A stretch of 64,000 nt of DNA from the NCBI GenBank assembly GCA_905480195.1, contig CAJQPN010000001.1, forward strand, positions 145,132 to 209,131. The letters are read 5' to 3'. Origin of the DNA: an uncultured Acidimicrobiales bacterium. GTDB taxonomy: Bacteria; Actinomycetota; Acidimicrobiia; Acidimicrobiales; Aldehydirespiratoraceae. The position numbers and the translations under genes are program-made. The notes beneath the pieces were generated by a model. It saw nothing but the letters and a program-made list of their open reading frames with translations. It ran no database searches and was not told where the DNA came from. This document shows positions 63,071 through 64,000 of the stretch, piece after piece (position 1 is the stretch's first letter; every line of letters starts with the position of its first letter).

Positions 63071-63966
63071 CCGCTCCGGGCAAGCCCACCGCCACCACCT
63101 ATCGGCCACGGCACACCACCGATCTCCGGTTTGCCCTGCTGGGCACTGCGTCGGTGACATCGGTTCGAGGGGTCAGGTGGTGGACCACGGTGACCCCCCA
63201 TGGCCCAGCGTCGGTTGCGTTTCGGCCTGCAACCGACGGCACGATCCGCGCCGATGCATGGGGCCCGGGAACCGATTGGGCCCTGACCCAGCTCCCCACG
63301 CTCCTCGGCGCCCACGATGAGACCGTCGATGAGTTCCATCCAGCGCACCCGTTCGTGCGGCATCTAGCCGGGCAGTTCGCTGCCCTTCGGCTCGGGTCGA
63401 CCGGGCGCTGGTACGAGGCGCTCGCCACTGCTGCGATCGGCCAACGAGTCGTCGCCGCTGATGCGAGGACGAGCCACGCACGCCTTGCGTTTCGCTACGG
63501 CGAACAGCCGGTCGCACTGGCGCCGGTCCCGGCATTCCCGGAGCCCAGCCGTGTCCTTCGTCTCCCGGACCACGACTTCCATCGCGCTGGCATCGACCGG
63601 GCCCGGGCTCGGGTGATCCGTATCGCCGCCCGCTACGCCGAACGGATCGAAAAACTCAGCGATGCGCCGGGGGCCGAAGCCGACCACCGGCTCCAGCAAC
63701 TGCCCGGTGTCGGGCCGTGGACCGCCGCACTCGCCACCTCGGCAGCCGGTGGTCATGCCGATGCCGTTCCTGTCGGCGATCTCCACATCCCGCGCCTGAT
63801 CAGCCGGGCACTCAGCGGTGAGGACGGTGACGACGACCGCATGCTCGAACTCCTCGAGCCATTCGAGGGCCACCGCCAGCGCGTCGTGCGCCTGATCCAG
63901 ATGGCTCGTCCGGCGATTGCGCCGAACCGCTCGGCACCGAACCGCGGCGACATCAGCCGGATCTAG
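63067..63966 (+). CDS. DNA-3-methyladenine glycosylase II (AlkA-like, HhH-GPD)
   Basis: 299 aa. HhH-GPD 'LQQLPGVGPWTAALATSAAGGHADAVPVGDLH' with the catalytic Asp. The GTG overlaps the upstream stop (GTGA). Confidence 0.75.
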   Translation: MTAPGKPTATTYRPRHTTDLRFALLGTASVTSVRGVRWWTTVTPHGPASVAFRPATDGTIRADAWGPGTDWALTQLPTLLGAHDETVDEFHPAHPFVRHLAGQFAALRLGSTGRWYEALATAAIGQRVVAADARTSHARLAFRYGEQPVALAPVPAFPEPSRVLRLPDHDFHRAGIDRARARVIRIAARYAERIEKLSDAPGAEADHRLQQLPGVGPWTAALATSAAGGHADAVPVGDLHIPRLISRALSGEDGDDDRMLELLEPFEGHRQRVVRLIQMARPAIAPNRSAPNRGDISRI

Positions 63967-64000
63967 CGTTAACCCTTCGCTTCGTCGCGGGCGGCTTTTG

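Noticed and set aside
1-64000. Search for CRISPR arrays, rRNA/tRNA genes, transposases/integrases, phage genes, toxin-antitoxin pairs and known defence-system genes
   Set aside because: I saw no regularly spaced repeats, no T-loop/anticodon-arm candidates that fold, and no DDE/tyrosine-recombinase/reverse-transcriptase-like ORFs. There is no AT-rich island larger than ~70 nt. Gene content and codon usage look uniform, so there is no evidence of a horizontally acquired island in this window.

Overview
High-GC, gene-dense chromosomal segment: about 57 protein-coding genes, only short intergenic gaps, and many 4-nt ATGA/GTGA stop-start overlaps. The gene set looks like Actinomycetota (possibly Acidimicrobiia-like): DUF3039, a DUF3097-like protein, DUF2071, DUF427, a luciferase-like (probably F420) oxidoreductase, ino1 and a menaquinone operon. 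This taxonomic guess is inference only. Content is mostly core and accessory metabolism. It includes an aquaporin, acyl-CoA metabolism genes (MaoC, crotonase, two AMP-ligases, a thiolase, a tandem CoA-transferase), a menF-menD-menH-menC operon, and an AddAB-type helicase-nuclease pair. It also includes an OmpR/HisKA two-component system, an ABC-F protein, surE, rarD, psuG, a P450, a sulfatase, a GGT and several alpha/beta hydrolases. I found no rRNA, tRNA, CRISPR array, transposase/integrase or recognisable defence-system gene, so I cannot point to a clear novel 'system'. The observations I consider most worth follow-up are: (1) a MerR-type DNA-binding module fused in frame to isochorismate synthase at the head of the men operon, with a perfect 16-bp palindrome just upstream; (2) a completely cysteine-free HMG-CoA-synthase-like::DUF35 fusion next to an archaeal-type thiolase, a probable non-catalytic scaffold; (3) a five-gene minus-strand cluster (small protein, AMP-ligase, two divergent fold-type-II PLP enzymes, MFS exporter) of unknown product; (4) 11-bp-phased (C)TCAC repeats at two promoters flanking the two-component system. 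The many 400-600 aa ORFs lying antisense to recognisable genes are GC-driven shadow ORFs and were rejected. All start codons were chosen by eye and are less certain than stops.
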